Shown here: positions 13,279-24,656 of the stretch, one piece after another
Numbering within the stretch: the first letter of the stretch is position 1
Layout of the letters: each line of letters opens with the position of its first letter
NCBI RefSeq assembly: GCF_016432865.1
Contig: NC_067400.1
Location: 624,402,001-624,466,000 of the forward strand
Direction: 5' to 3'
From: Antechinus flavipes
Taxonomy: Eukaryota
Length of the DNA stretch: 64,000 nucleotides
Program-made: the position numbers and the translations under genes
Notes under the pieces: generated by a model
The model's database searches: none
Seen by the model: only the letters and a program-made list of their open reading frames with translations
What the model was told of the DNA's origin: nothing

Positions 13279-16200
13279 ATGCCGCTCAGCCGCAGCCTGT
13301 CCGTCTCGTCGCTGCCCGGCCTCGAGGACTGGGAGGATGAGCTGGACTTGGACAACGCCGTGCTCTTCGAGGTGGCCTGGGAGGTGGCCAACAAGGGTGA
13401 GCGCCCCCCGCCCGAGGGGGATGGGCTCCGGGAGGGGCGGGAGGAGCAGGGTGACGCCCGGGGAGAAAGCGGGGGACCCCTGGGGGAGGGGGAGGGGGGA
13501 GTGACGGGGGTCCCGGGTGACCCCCGCGGGGAGCGTGCAGGGCAGGGCCGTGCCGACCGAGGGCCCTTGGGGCAGGGGGCTCGTAACCCCACGGCGGGCA
13601 CAGCTTCCTTGGCCCTCGACAGTAGGGAGGGCGCTGGGGGGAGGGGGTTCCTGGGGTCTGCAGAACAAACACAAGAGGAGGGAGCAGCTGGAGCCCGAGA
13701 TCTGGGGAGGGGGCTGCTGGGCACCGAGGGAGGGCGATGGGCTGGGGGAGCCCCTCGGGCAGAGTCCTGAAGGGGCTCTGGGGTCCCTAGGCTGGAAGAG
13801 TCGGGGTAACCAGGAGCGCGGGGTTCTGGGGTCTGTGAGGTGACGCTTTTGTGAAGTGTTTCTGAGGCGGGGGAGGGGCAGCGAGAAGACCTCAGAGTCC
13901 CCGAAGGGGGAGGGGCAGTCAGGGCCCGTCATCCCGGGCCGGGGGAGGGGGAGGGGGAGGCCCAGCACGCCCGGGTCCTGAAGGACGCGACCCAGGGGGG
14001 CTCCCTTTGGTCCCGCGGCCCCTGGGGCTGACCCCCGGCTCTCCGGCAGTGGGGGGCATCTACACCGTGCTCCAGACCAAGGCCAAGGTGACCGGGGACG
14101 AGTGGGGGGACAACTACTACCTGGTGGGGCCCTACACGGAGCAGGGCGTGCGCACCCAGGTGGAGCTGCTGGAGCCCCCCACCCCGGCCCTGCGCAAGAC
14201 CCTGGACTCCATGAACAGCAAGGGCTGCAAGGTAGGAGGGGGCTCCCTGCGGGGCCCAGAGCGGGAGGGGCCTGTCCCCGGAGGGCTCGAGGGCGCCCCG
14301 GCCCATCCCCAGGGCAGCTGCTGGCCACATGACAGGCAGGGTCACAGCCTAAGAATAGCCCCCTCCTCCCTGCCATGGAAAGGGCAGCAAACAGCTGGGG
14401 GGGGGAGGGGCTGCCGGCCTGGGCAGGGCAAGTGCCAGGTTGGGGGGGGCAGCGAGGGGGAGGCCGGGAGGGGCCCCGGGCCCTGGCCGCACGCCCGCCC
14501 TCCCGCAGGTGTACTTCGGCCGCTGGCTGATCGAGGGCAGCCCCCCTGTGGTGCTGCTGGACGTGGGGGCGGCTGCGTGGGCCCTGGAGCGCTGGAAAGG
14601 GGAGCTCTGGGACACCTGCAGCATCGGGGTCCCCTGGTACGACCGCGAAGCCAACGACGCCGTGCTCTTCGGCTTCCTCACCACTTGGTTCCTGGGCGAG
14701 GTAGGGGCCCTCAGGGCCAGGAGGCAGCCCCTCCCCCAGCCCCCTCCTGGCTCTCCCCCAGCCCCCTCCTGACCCTCCCCCAGACCCTCCCCCTGCCCCC
14801 CCCCGATCCTCCCCCTGCCCCCCCATCCTCCCCCAGCCCCTCCCCCAGCCCCTCCCCCTGCCCCCCCATCCGCCCCCAGTCTGGCCCGGCAGCGCCTCCG
14901 TGTCCCCGCAGTTCTGGGCCCAGAGCGAGGAGAAGCCCTTCGTGGTGGGCCACTTCCACGAGTGGCTGGCCGGCGTGGGCCTGTGCCTGTGCAGGGCCCG
15001 CAAGCTGCCGGTGGCCACCATCTTCACCACGCACGCCACGCTGCTGGGCCGCTACCTGTGCGCGGGGGCCGTGGACTTCTACAACAACCTGGAGAACGTG
15101 AGTGGCCCGAGGGGGGCGCGGGGGCGGGGCGGCGGGGGAGGGGGGCCGCCGCTGACCCCTCCCCCCACAGTTCAACGTGGACAAGGAGGCCGGGGAGCGG
15201 CAGATCTACCACCGCTACTGCATGGAGCGGGCGGCCGCGCACTGCGCCCACGTCTTCACCACCGTGTCCCAGATCACGGCCATCGAGGCTCAGCACCTGC
15301 TGAAGAGGAAGCCGGGTGAGGAGCCGCCGCCCCCCAGGCTGGGGGGGCGGGGCGGGGGAGGGGCGGGGTCCCGGGGCCTCAGCGACCGCCGCCTCCCCTC
15401 CCCCCAGATATCGTGACCCCCAACGGGCTCAACGTGAAGAAGTTCTCGGCCATGCACGAGTTCCAGAACCTGCACGCCCAGAGCAAGGCCCGGATCCAGG
15501 AGTTTGTGCGGGGGCACTTCTACGGGTGAGGGTCCCCGAGGGGCGGGCCCGAAGCGGGGGCGTCTGGGGGCCCGAAGCAGGGGTGACCGCGGACGTCTCC
15601 CCAACAGCCACCTGGACTTCAACCTGGACAAGACCCTGTACTTCTTCATCGCCGGCCGCTACGAGTTCTCCAACAAGGGCGCCGACGTCTTCCTGGAGGC
15701 CCTGGCCCGCCTCAACTACCTGCTCAGGGTCAGGCGGCTGGGGCCGGGGGTCAGGGGTCGGGGCCGGGATCAGAGCTGGGGGCCGCACAGGGGCCCCGAG
15801 CTCTGACCCCCACGCCCGCCACAGGTGAACGGCAGCGAGCAGACGGTGGTGGCCTTCTTCATCATGCCGGCGCGGACCAATAACTTCAACGTGGAGACCC
15901 TCAAGGGCCAGGCCGTGCGGAAGCAGCTGTGGTCAGCCCCGCCCCCACCCCCATCCCACCCCCCGGCCCTCAGCCGGGGCCCCCTGCGCTGAAGCCCCCC
16001 TCCTTCCCCGCAGGGACACGGCCAACACGGTGAAGGAGAAGTTCGGGAGGAAGCTCTACGAGTCTCTCCTGGTGTGAGTGACGGGGCCGGGGGCGGGGGG
16101 CTGCACCCCGCCCTGCCGGCGCTCCCTGACCTCTGCCCCTGCCCCCCTCAGCGGCAGCCTCCCGGACATGAACAAGATGCTGGACAAGGAGGACTTCACC

Positions 16201-17754
16201 ATAATGAAGAGGGCCATCTTTGCCACGCAGGTACGGCTGCCGGCAGGGGCGGGAGGTGGGGGGCGGGGGAGGTCGTCCGCCGGCCCACCGGCCCCACTCT
16301 TCCCCTCAGCGGCAGTCCTTCCCCCCCGTGTGCACCCACAACATGCTGGACGACTCCTCGGACCCCATCCTCACCACCATCCGCCGGATCGGCCTCTTCA
16401 ACAGCAGCGCCGACCGCGTCAAGGTGACGTACCGCAGCCCCCCCCCCCCGCCGCGCCGCGCTCTGGTGCAGACCGGCAGGGGCCCCCTGGGAGCCCCCCC
16501 CCCCCAAGGCCAGGACCCGACCAGCCCGCCCCTTCTCTCCCCTCCCCCGCAGGTGATCTTCCACCCCGAGTTCCTCTCCTCCACCAGCCCCTTGCTCCCA
16601 GTGGACTATGAAGAGTTTGTCCGGGGCTGCCACCTGGGAGTCTTCCCCTCCTACTACGAGCCCTGGGGCTACACGCCTGGTGAGACCCGGGGGTGCCTGG
16701 GGAGCGGCCGGGGCGGGGGGCCTGGGGCCCGGGGCGGGGGGGCCTAACCGGCCTCCTCCCCCAGCGGAGTGCACGGTCATGGGCATCCCCAGCATCTCCA
16801 CCAACCTCTCGGGCTTCGGCTGCTTCATGGAGGAGCACATCGCAGATCCTTCAGCCTATGGTGGGTCCCTGAGCGGGCTGGGGAGGGGGCACCAAGCAGG
16901 CTGGGGAGGGGGCATCAGACTGAGGAGGGGGCACCGAACGGGCTGGGGAGGGGCACTGAGGGGGCTGGGGACACGGGCGCGCCCCATCCCCGCTCCTGGC
17001 TGAGGTACCCCGCCCACCCGCAGGCATCTACATCCTGGACCGGCGCTTCCGGAGCCTGGACGACTCGTGCACGCAGCTGACCTCGTTCCTCTACAGCTTC
17101 TGCCAGCAGAGCCGGAGGCAGCGGATCGTGCAGCGGAACCGCACCGAGCGGCTCTCGGATCTGCTGGACTGGAAGTACCTGGGCCGGGTAGGACGCTGCC
17201 CCCCAGCCCCGGGGGTGGAACACGCCCCCCTCCCACCCGCCCCTAACCCCCCCTCTCGCCCCCAGTATTACATGTTCGCCCGCCACATGGCCCTGGCCAG
17301 GGCCTTCCCGGACCACTTCACCTACGAGCCCCACGACGCCGATGCTGTGAGTGATGGGCTTGGGAGCGGGGGTAGATGCAAAGCGGGGGGGGCTGGGCCT
17401 GGCGCACCTTCTCCTACACCCTTACTCCCCCAGACCCAGGGCTTCCGGTACCCCCGGCCGGCTTCCGTGCCTCCGTCCCCTTCGCTGTCCCGCCACTCCA
17501 GCCCCCACCAGAGTGAAGGGGAGGAAGAAGAAGGGGAGGAGAACGGGCCCCAAAAGTTGGACTTCGAGGATGGGGAGCGCTACAATGAGGACGAGGAAGC
17601 CGAGAAGGACCGGAGGAACATCCGCGCTCCCGACTGGTCCCGGCGGGCCTCGGCTGCCAAGCGGGGCTCTGTGGATACGGCCCCCTCCAGTTCTCCCAGC
17701 ACCCCCAGTGAGCCCCTCAGCCCTGCCAGCTCCCTGGGCGAGGAACGTAACTGA
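13279..17754 (+). CDS. GYS1: Muscle glycogen synthase, 16 exons, 736 aa
   Basis: Exons 13279-13396, 14050-14231, 14509-14700, 14912-15097, 15171-15315, 15408-15525, 15608-15728, 15825-15931, 16014-16073, 16152-16230, 16310-16423, 16553-16679, 16765-16860, 17024-17187, 17266-17346, 17434-17754 sum to 2211 nt. Motifs [19 protein letters not shown] and [12 protein letters not shown]; phosphosite cluster [21 protein letters not shown]. Confidence 0.98.
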
Positions 17755-18182
17755 GGAGGGCTCCCCGCTCCAAAACCCACGGCCCCTCACCGGGCCTTCT
17801 AGAGCCTTCCTCCCCAGGGAGTCCTGGGCTGTTGCTTTGGAGGATCCCCTAGACCTCCCACCTTGTGGCCAGTCTGCTCTAAGCCCCAGGAGGTCCCCGG
17901 GACCCCGGTGTTCTAGAGAGCGGCCCGACTGGCTTAGCCCACCCCGTGGTACCCTCTGCGCCCCATGGGACCTGGCACCCTCTCCTGGTGGCCGCCCTGG
18001 CTTGGGGCAGCTCCACCCACATGCACTCCCACCCCTCTGCCAGTGCCTCCCCTGCCTGGCCCCACCCCCCGATTGCCCTCTGGCTCCCCCTGCCGGTGGG
18101 CAGGGGCTGCTGCGGCATTCACCGTGGGGTCAGTGGCCGCTTCTCCCTCCAGGAGTGAAAGAAGGCTTATGTATATTTAAAG

Positions 18183-18361
18183 AATAAAAGATTTTCACAG
18201 GGCCGCCCTCCACACCCCGACTCCTTCCAGGGCCTCCTTTTGCACCCAACGTTGGAGGGGCACTTGGGCTCCCTCCCAAGCCCCGGTCTCTGTTCATTCA
18301 GTTTATCCAGCGTACCCCGAAAGAACTACAGAGTCTGGGCTTTGTGCTAGTGAGCTTTATT
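18183..18361. terminator. Convergent polyA signals of GYS1 (AATAAA 18183-18188, +) and FTL (18356-18361, -)
   Basis: AATAAA on + and TTTATT on +, about 170 bp apart, tail to tail. Confidence 0.8.
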
Positions 18362-18419
18362 GGGGTGTGCCTTCTCCCTGGGGGGGAGGGGGGTTCCTTG
18401 TTTCGGCCTGCAGCCCCTC

Positions 18420-19460
18420 CTAGTCCTGCTTCAGGCTCAGCCTCTCGAATAGGTACTCGCCCAGTCCGGCCTGGGGGTCAGCCTGCACGTGGCGCAGGGT
18501 GGCCAGGTGATCGCCCAGGCGCTTCATCAACTTCACCTCCTCGCCCAGGTAGTGGCTCTCCAGGAAGTCGCAGAGCTAGGGAAGGGACAGAAGCCAATGA
18601 GCGCTTCCGGGAAGGAAGGGGGGGTGCCCTGCTCCCCTTCTCGAGGCTACTTACTTGGGGGTCCCCTTGGCTCGAGCCCAGGGCGTGCAGCTTCAGGAGG
18701 GCCTGGTTCAGACCCTTCTCCAGGTTCAGGGCAGCTTCCATAGCCTCCAAACTTCGGCCCCACTCATCTTGGGCAGGTTTCTGGGAGGGAAGAAAAGGAA
18801 ATGCCAAAGAACTTCATTTCCCAGAAGACATGGGGTCAGCGCGGCAGCTTCCATGAGGGCTTATCTCCGCAGGGGCCTCTGGGAATTGTAGTGCGCGAAC
18901 CACCTGTTACCTACTTGCACAGCCTGCAGGAGAACCCGGCCCCCGCGCTGGTTCTGGAGCTTCATGAGGCGCTCGGCGCCCTCGCGCTTGTCCTTCGACA
19001 ACTCCCGGAAGAAATGCGACACCCTCGGCAAGGCGACATCGTCCCGGTCGAAATAGAAACCCTGGGGAAAGCGGCGGGGAGGGAGGGCAATTACTCGAGC
19101 TGGAAAAGCGGCCCGGCAGGCGCGAGGCCCACGCATGCGCACCGACTTCGCCGCCCCCGCGCGCTTCCTTCCTAGTTAAACAAGAACAAAGGGCGCGCGG
19201 CAGAGGAAAGAAGCTTCCCGGGAGCGAGGGGTGCGCGCGGGGGACTGGGCATGCGCAGACCCCGCGGGTGCAGGGAACACACTGGGGTGGCCCGAAGGGG
19301 TACTGGCCGCGGGGGCGGGGGACTCCGGGGAGGGGTGGCGGCCCGAGCCTCACCAGGGACAGGTAGGAGTAGGAAGCCTGCAGGTAGAGGTTGGCCAGCC
19401 GGTTGAGCGCGGCCTCAGCTCGGAGGAGAAGTTTTGGCGGATCTGGGAGCTGGAACTCAT
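18420..19460 (-). CDS. FTL: Ferritin light chain, 4 exons; exon 1 has a 1-nt deletion in this sequence
   Basis: Exons 19354-19460 (107 nt; 108 needed), 18915-19061, 18655-18780, 18420-18575. Exons 2-4 are intact ([11 protein letters not shown].., KPAQDEWG.., [23 protein letters not shown]). Restoring one base near 19419 gives [25 protein letters not shown]. Confidence 0.93.
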
Positions 19461-19563
19461 GGCACCGAAGGCGAAAGGAGAAGGCTGGTCCGGGAGGTGG
19501 CTGATCGCGGGGGCGGACGGGCTGCAGGAAAGCGAGGGGAGGTGGCGGGGGACCCCGGATCTG

Positions 19564-19588
19564 TTCCGTCCAAACACTGTTGAAGCAA
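19564..19588 (-). promoter_or_regulatory. FTL: Iron-responsive element hairpin in the FTL 5' UTR
   Basis: Minus strand TTGCTTCAACAGTGTTTGGACGGAA with a CAGUGU loop (19574-19579) and bulged C; matches the canonical mammalian FTL IRE. Confidence 0.96.
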
Positions 19589-19638
19589 GAACGAGAGCCG
19601 GGAGAAGCGCTGCAAGGGAGCTGCCCGGGACCACGTTC

Positions 19639-19644
19639 TTATAG
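19639..19644 (-). promoter_or_regulatory. FTL: FTL TATA box
   Basis: CTATAA on the minus strand about 50 nt upstream of the IRE. Confidence 0.75.
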
Positions 19645-20128
19645 CTTCCAGAGTGGGGGCGGGACCGAAGGGCCCAGATCCAATCCCGCGGCGCTGAACG
19701 AGAGCCCGGGGAACCGGCCGCCAATGGGAGAGCAGGGCGACAAGCGGCGGGAAAGGGGGGGAGGGGAACTGCTAGCGCGCGGAGTGGGGGAGGAGGTCAC
19801 GTGCGGGGCCAGGGCGAGTTCAGAAGTGGAGGCGGGGCAGGGCGGAGGGCTGCCGAGTGTGGGGGCGCCAGCACTCCCCACTCCAGGCCCTCCTCTGACC
19901 CCAGCTGAGACCCAGACCCCCGAGAAGGGTCAGGACCTGCCCTAGACTGCACAGTGGGCATCAGAAGCCACACTTGAACCCAAGTCCTCGGATTCCTTCC
20001 CGGGAGGATCCCAGCAGATCCGGGGCTCTTGGACTGAGGGCCACAGAGGGAGTAGGGATTATGGGGGGGAGGGGAGTGGAGCTCGCTGGGCATCGAAGGG
20101 GCTCAGAGCTGGGAATTGAGGGGGTGTA

Positions 20129-20182
20129 GGCTGAGTCACGCTGAGGTCCGGGAGAGGGGATGATGCTGAGTCATGCTGAGCA
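20129..20182. promoter_or_regulatory. FTL: FTL antioxidant response elements (NRF2/BACH1-sMAF MARE/ARE)
   Basis: TGCTGAGTCATGCTGAG 20164-20180 (reverse complement CTCAGCATGACTCAGCA, like the known human FTL ARE) and a second GGCTGAGTCACGCTGAG at 20129-20145. Confidence 0.8.
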
Positions 20183-21130
20183 GCTGTGGGGGGATCATCG
20201 GCCATTAATAAATGAACTTCCTCTTTTGGGGGAAGGAAGCCCGGCTAGGGCGCACCCCGCAGCTGAGGTACAATTCAGTGGGTCTCCTTGGGGTAACCAG
20301 GGAAAGCCCGAGGCTGTTAGCCGTGCCCCCCTCCCCCCAAGATGCCCAGTGGCAAGGGATTCTTTCTGTGTTGTACTCGGAGACCCCCCAAGCCGCCCCT
20401 CCCCCTTGCTGGGGTCTTCACATACAAGGGTATACACATACAGTACACACCCAGTTTTGTGTGGGTGATTGTTTGCAGGTTGTCTTCCTCCTGCCCCTCC
20501 CCCCAACCGTCCAGCCTTTTTTAGTGGTCCCAGGCCTTGGCCAGAGTTGGGTGTCTGTGGGTTGACTGGTGGAGCCCCACAAACCGGGGCCACAACCCTC
20601 CTGAGTGGGCCCCGACCCGGCCTCCAGCCGGGCCCTGCCACTGGCTCTCAGCTCCAGCTCCCAGATTTTCTGGGTAGGTGTGCTTCCTCTGCCTCAAGTG
20701 GGGGAGGGGGCGGGGGAGAGAGTCAGTTGGGGCTGCTGAGAAAGGGCCAGAAGCAGAGGGGAACGGAACAGAACAGCTTCAGGCCTTGGGGTTCAGGATC
20801 GTCCATTTACCACCCCCCACACCCCAACTCAGCCCCAGCAGAGACCTTCCTGCCTGGCCTTTGACCGGAGCCAGGCCCCACCTTCCTACCCCAGCCTCCC
20901 TGGAGCCAGGAGCCAACAGGGAAGTTAACTGGGCCGGGCCCAGATGCAGGAAGCTCCCTGCCTCACCCTCCCCACGGTTTTACAGAAGAGGAAACTGAGT
21001 GAACTCCCCCTCTGGGCACCCTGGGAGTCTTGGCTGAGGGGAGAGCGAGGCGGGGGCACAGGGCCGGGGCTTCAGGCCCCGATCCTCAGTAACACAGGCA
21101 TGGGCAGCAGGGCCTGCTCCAAAGTTGGTG

Positions 21131-21136
21131 TTTATT
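21131..21136 (-). terminator. BAX: BAX polyadenylation signal
   Basis: TTTATT on + (AATAAA on -), about 220 nt past the stop codon. Confidence 0.75.
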
Positions 21137-21354
21137 GGCCAAGGCTACCAGTCATCCCAGCAGCCCTCAGCCAGCAGCCCGAGAACTTCCGGCTTTGGGA
21201 CACTGCCAGAGGAGCAGGGAGATTCCCCCAAATAATTACAAAAGTAAGAAGAATGTGTTCCCCCCCATATCTGAAAACCCATAATTTATCCTAAAAACAG
21301 ACAGTCCAAGCAGAGCTGGCACAGGGTGGGGGCAGCCAGGCCCCCAAGCCCTCC

Positions 21355-22805
21355 CTAGGACATCTTCCAGATGGTAAGCGAAGCTGTGAGGATGCCAGCC
21401 ACGAAGATGGTCACTGTCTGCCAGGTTGGTGTCCCAAAGTAAGAGAGGAGGCCATCCTGGGGGAAGAGGCCAGGCGTCAGCAGGAAGTGAGGAAGGATGA
21501 AATGGCAGGGGGGGGGGCTGGGAAGAAGAGGGGGGTCATTGAGCAGTTGGGGGGGAGGGGAGGTATGGTGCTCACCCAGCCACCCTGCTCCTGGATCCAG
21601 GTGAGCAGCCGTTCTCTCAGGAAGTCAAGGGTCCAGCCCATGATGGTTCGGATCAGCTCTGGCACCTTGGTGCAAAGCGCCTGGGGGCGGGGGGAGGAAA
21701 GGCGGTCCGGAGTGCAGCCCCCCGGCGGCAGAGAAGGTCCAGCCGCACCTCGAAGGGCCACCCCCTCCCCCCAAACTCCAGCAGCAAGGAGGGTCCCGCA
21801 CCCTCTCCCCAGCGGCAGGGAAGATCCAGCTCCTCTGCCCAGGCAGGCAGCGGAAGACCCAGCACTTCCTCGAAAAGAGCCCCCCTTTTCCCTTTCCTCC
21901 CTCCCTCCCATTCTCGGCAGGAAGCCCCTCTCTCCCCGATTGTAGAGAAGGTCCAGCCCCCTCTCGGAGACCCCGGCGGCTCAGGGATGCCCCAAGGAAG
22001 GTCCGGCCCCTTTGCCCCGCCCCCGCCCCCCTACCTTGAGCACCAGCTTGCTGGCGAAGTAGAAGAGAGCCACGACCCGGCCCCAGTTGAAGTTGCCGTC
22101 GGAGAACATCTCGGCCGCCACTCGGAAGAAGACCTCTCGGGGGGAGTCCGTCTCCACCGCGGCGATCATCCTGCAGGGGAGGGAGCCATTGAGGGGGGCC
22201 TGGGGCCCGCGGGCAGCGGGCGGCGGCCGGACGGGGCAGGGCAGCGGCTACCTCTGCAGCTCCATGTTACTGTCCAGCTCGTCCCCGATCTTGCGCAGGC
22301 ACTCGGTCAGCCGCTTGGTCCGGGGGTCCGAGGGCAGCGGCGTCGAGTCCCCCATGGATTCCAGGACCAGTTCGGGGGAGCCCCCCGCCACCCGGCCCGC
22401 GCGGTCCTGGATGAACCTGAGGGGAGAGGGGGGGCTCAGCGCCGCTCCTGCCCAGGAGCCCCCTCCCGGCGCCTGCGCCCGGGCCCCAGGCTCACCCCTG
22501 CAGCAACACGGCCCCGGTCCTCATGATCTGCTCGCTGCTCGTGGCCGCTGGGGGAAGCAAAACACGGGGGGTCGGCGGCCTGGGGCGCCAGTTCGTCCCG
22601 GGGTCCCCCATCTCTCCCGCCCAGCCCGGCCCCCAGAGCGTCGGCAAGTCCGGGCAGGCCCGGCCGGACGGCCCGAGAGCGACGCGCCGGAGCCCAGCCC
22701 CGCGAGCCGCCGCGCCCCCGACGCCGGCCCGGCCCGGCCGCGCCCGCTAGCGCTCCCCGTACCCGGATCGCTCCCGGCCCGCGGCTGCTCCCCAGAGCCG
22801 TCCAT
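21355..22805 (-). CDS. BAX: Apoptosis regulator BAX alpha, 6 exons, 200 aa
   Basis: Exons 22763-22805, 22496-22547, 22252-22416, 22035-22170, 21576-21680, 21355-21456 sum to 603 nt. BH3 LTECLRKIGDELD, BH1 FSDGNFNWGRVVALFYF, BH2 WIQEQGGW, TM helix WQTVTIFVAGILTASLTIW. Confidence 0.97.
22642..22661. promoter_or_regulatory. BAX: p53 response element in BAX intron 1
   Basis: Two abutting half-sites, gene-sense GGGCCTGCCC GGACTTGCCG, each about one mismatch from RRRCWWGYYY. Resembles the conserved human/mouse BAX intron-1 element (recalled as GGGCAGGCCC GGGCTTGTCG). Confidence 0.7.
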
Positions 22806-22896
22806 CGCTGGGCCGCCGCCGCCGCCGCAGCCTCCTCTGGCCGGGCGCGCCCGGGAGGCGGAGAAGAGCCCTTTACCCCGCCCCGCGCACCGCCCC

Positions 22897-22976
22897 GTCA
22901 CATGACGCGCCGGTCCGGGCGCCGCACCGCCCCCATCACGTGAGGCGTCCGCCTGGGTAAGCAAACCTCGCACGTG
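22897..22976. promoter_or_regulatory. BAX: BAX promoter E-box cluster
   Basis: GTCACATGAC 22897-22906, CACGTG 22937-22942 and CACGTG 22971-22976; human BAX has a similar E-box cluster. Confidence 0.65.
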
Positions 22977-24656
22977 TCTGCAGGAGCCCCGCCTCCCCGG
23001 AGCTCCCGCGCATTCTTCTTAAAGGGGCCGAGTCTTTGTTCCCTCCGACTTCCGCCCGGATCCCAGAGGCTGCGGGCCCGGCGCGTGTCCCCAGCCTAGC
23101 TCCCTGACACCGCAGACCTCTTCGGGCAGCCGATAGGCGTCCTTGAAGTGCCTCTGCCCTCGTGGGGTTTCCATTGCCTGCTCACCTCCCTACCGTCCAC
23201 AACCGGGGCCTGCCTTCCCCTGATTGTGCCCAATTCCTCCCGCATCTCCTGGATACGTAGTGGTCCCCCGACCCCAACCCAAGGGCAGGTACTGTCTGGG
23301 ACCCTTCTTTGTATCCTCACTTAGCTTACACTACTTTAAGCGCACACAGAAGGAGCATAATAAATGAGAACCTGAGGACCCCCCCCTCCCCTCTTGCTAA
23401 GAGGCGGAGCCTCCAGGAGACGTCAACCAAAGCAGGGGTCCCGCCCCTCCGGAAGCCCCAAGCCCGCAGGCCTAGGGGCGGGCCCGGTAGGGGGCGGGGC
23501 CTAGCCGGGGCGGGCTAGGCTGACCTCCCATTGGGCACCCGGCCTCCTCACAGCTCCAGTTACAAAGTAGCTACTGGAGCGGAGTCCGCAATCTACCCAG
23601 AAACTGACCGGGCCGTCAGACCGGCAGCGGTAGGAAGGGCGTCCCCGTGCGATCCTGGGCGGGGGGAGCAGACAGCAATTCGCAGGCGACTCGTTCGAAA
23701 GCGTGAACGGGTCAAAGTGAACTCTAGAAACAGGCATTTCATTCAAGAGAAGGACAACGAGCGAGGGGAGGCGGCCAGAGCCGGGCAACTCTCTAAATAA
23801 TGACATCAGGAAGATAGCAAACTGAGAATGCAGCTTAAAAAACCCTCCCCTGAACACCCAATTGGAAATCCTGAAAATGAGAGATTAGTGAACTTGAAAG
23901 TAAGAAAAACATAACACGAATAAAACTCAGAGCTGGTTTTATGGGGGGGAGGGGGCACAATAAAGCAGACAAAGAAAAAACGAAAAATTGCCAGTTTCAA
24001 AAATGAAAAGAATTAATCAAGAGAAATTAAAGCAATTTTGCGGGGCTATTGTGCCCAATTATATTGCCAATAAATCTGACAAAATGAAATGGGTGAATAT
24101 TTACCAAAATATAAATTGCCCAAATGAACAGAAGAGAGGATAGAAGACTTAGCCCTGTTTTAGAAAAAGAAATGAAATAAACCATCAATGAGCTCCCTAG
24201 AAAAAATCCCCAGGATCTGATTGGGTTCATGCTAAATCTACCAAACATGTAGAGAACAGCAATAAATCAAATAAATAAAAAGAGAAATTAAATAACTTGT
24301 ATAATACTGGAATTATTCTCTAAATTCCAATATTATACAAATTATTTCATTAAACAGACAAAGTCCTACCAAATTTCTTTCAGAACACAAATATGGTAGA
24401 TATCTAAACTAGGAAGAGCAAGAACAGAGAAAACTATAGAGCAATTTCACTAATGAGTATAGAGGCAAAAAAGTGTAAACTAAAATACTAGCAAGGGGAA
24501 TGCAGTAATATATCACAAAGATTGTACACTACGGTCAGGTGGGATTTATACCAGGAATCACGTGACAATCTCAACAGATGCAGAAAAAGCTTCTGACAAA
24601 ATGTAGCACCCATTCCGATTAAAAACACTAGAAAGCATAAGAATAAATGCAGCTTT

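Noticed and set aside
13149-13340. Out-of-frame upstream ORF overlapping the GYS1 start
   Set aside because: Its ATG is part of a CCAAT box (CCCCAATGG) and probably lies upstream of the transcription start.
23498-23521. Possible p53 half-sites in the BAX upstream region (GGCCTAGCCG, GGGCTAGGCT)
   Set aside because: Three mismatches in total, a 4-bp spacer and a GC-box context; too weak to call.
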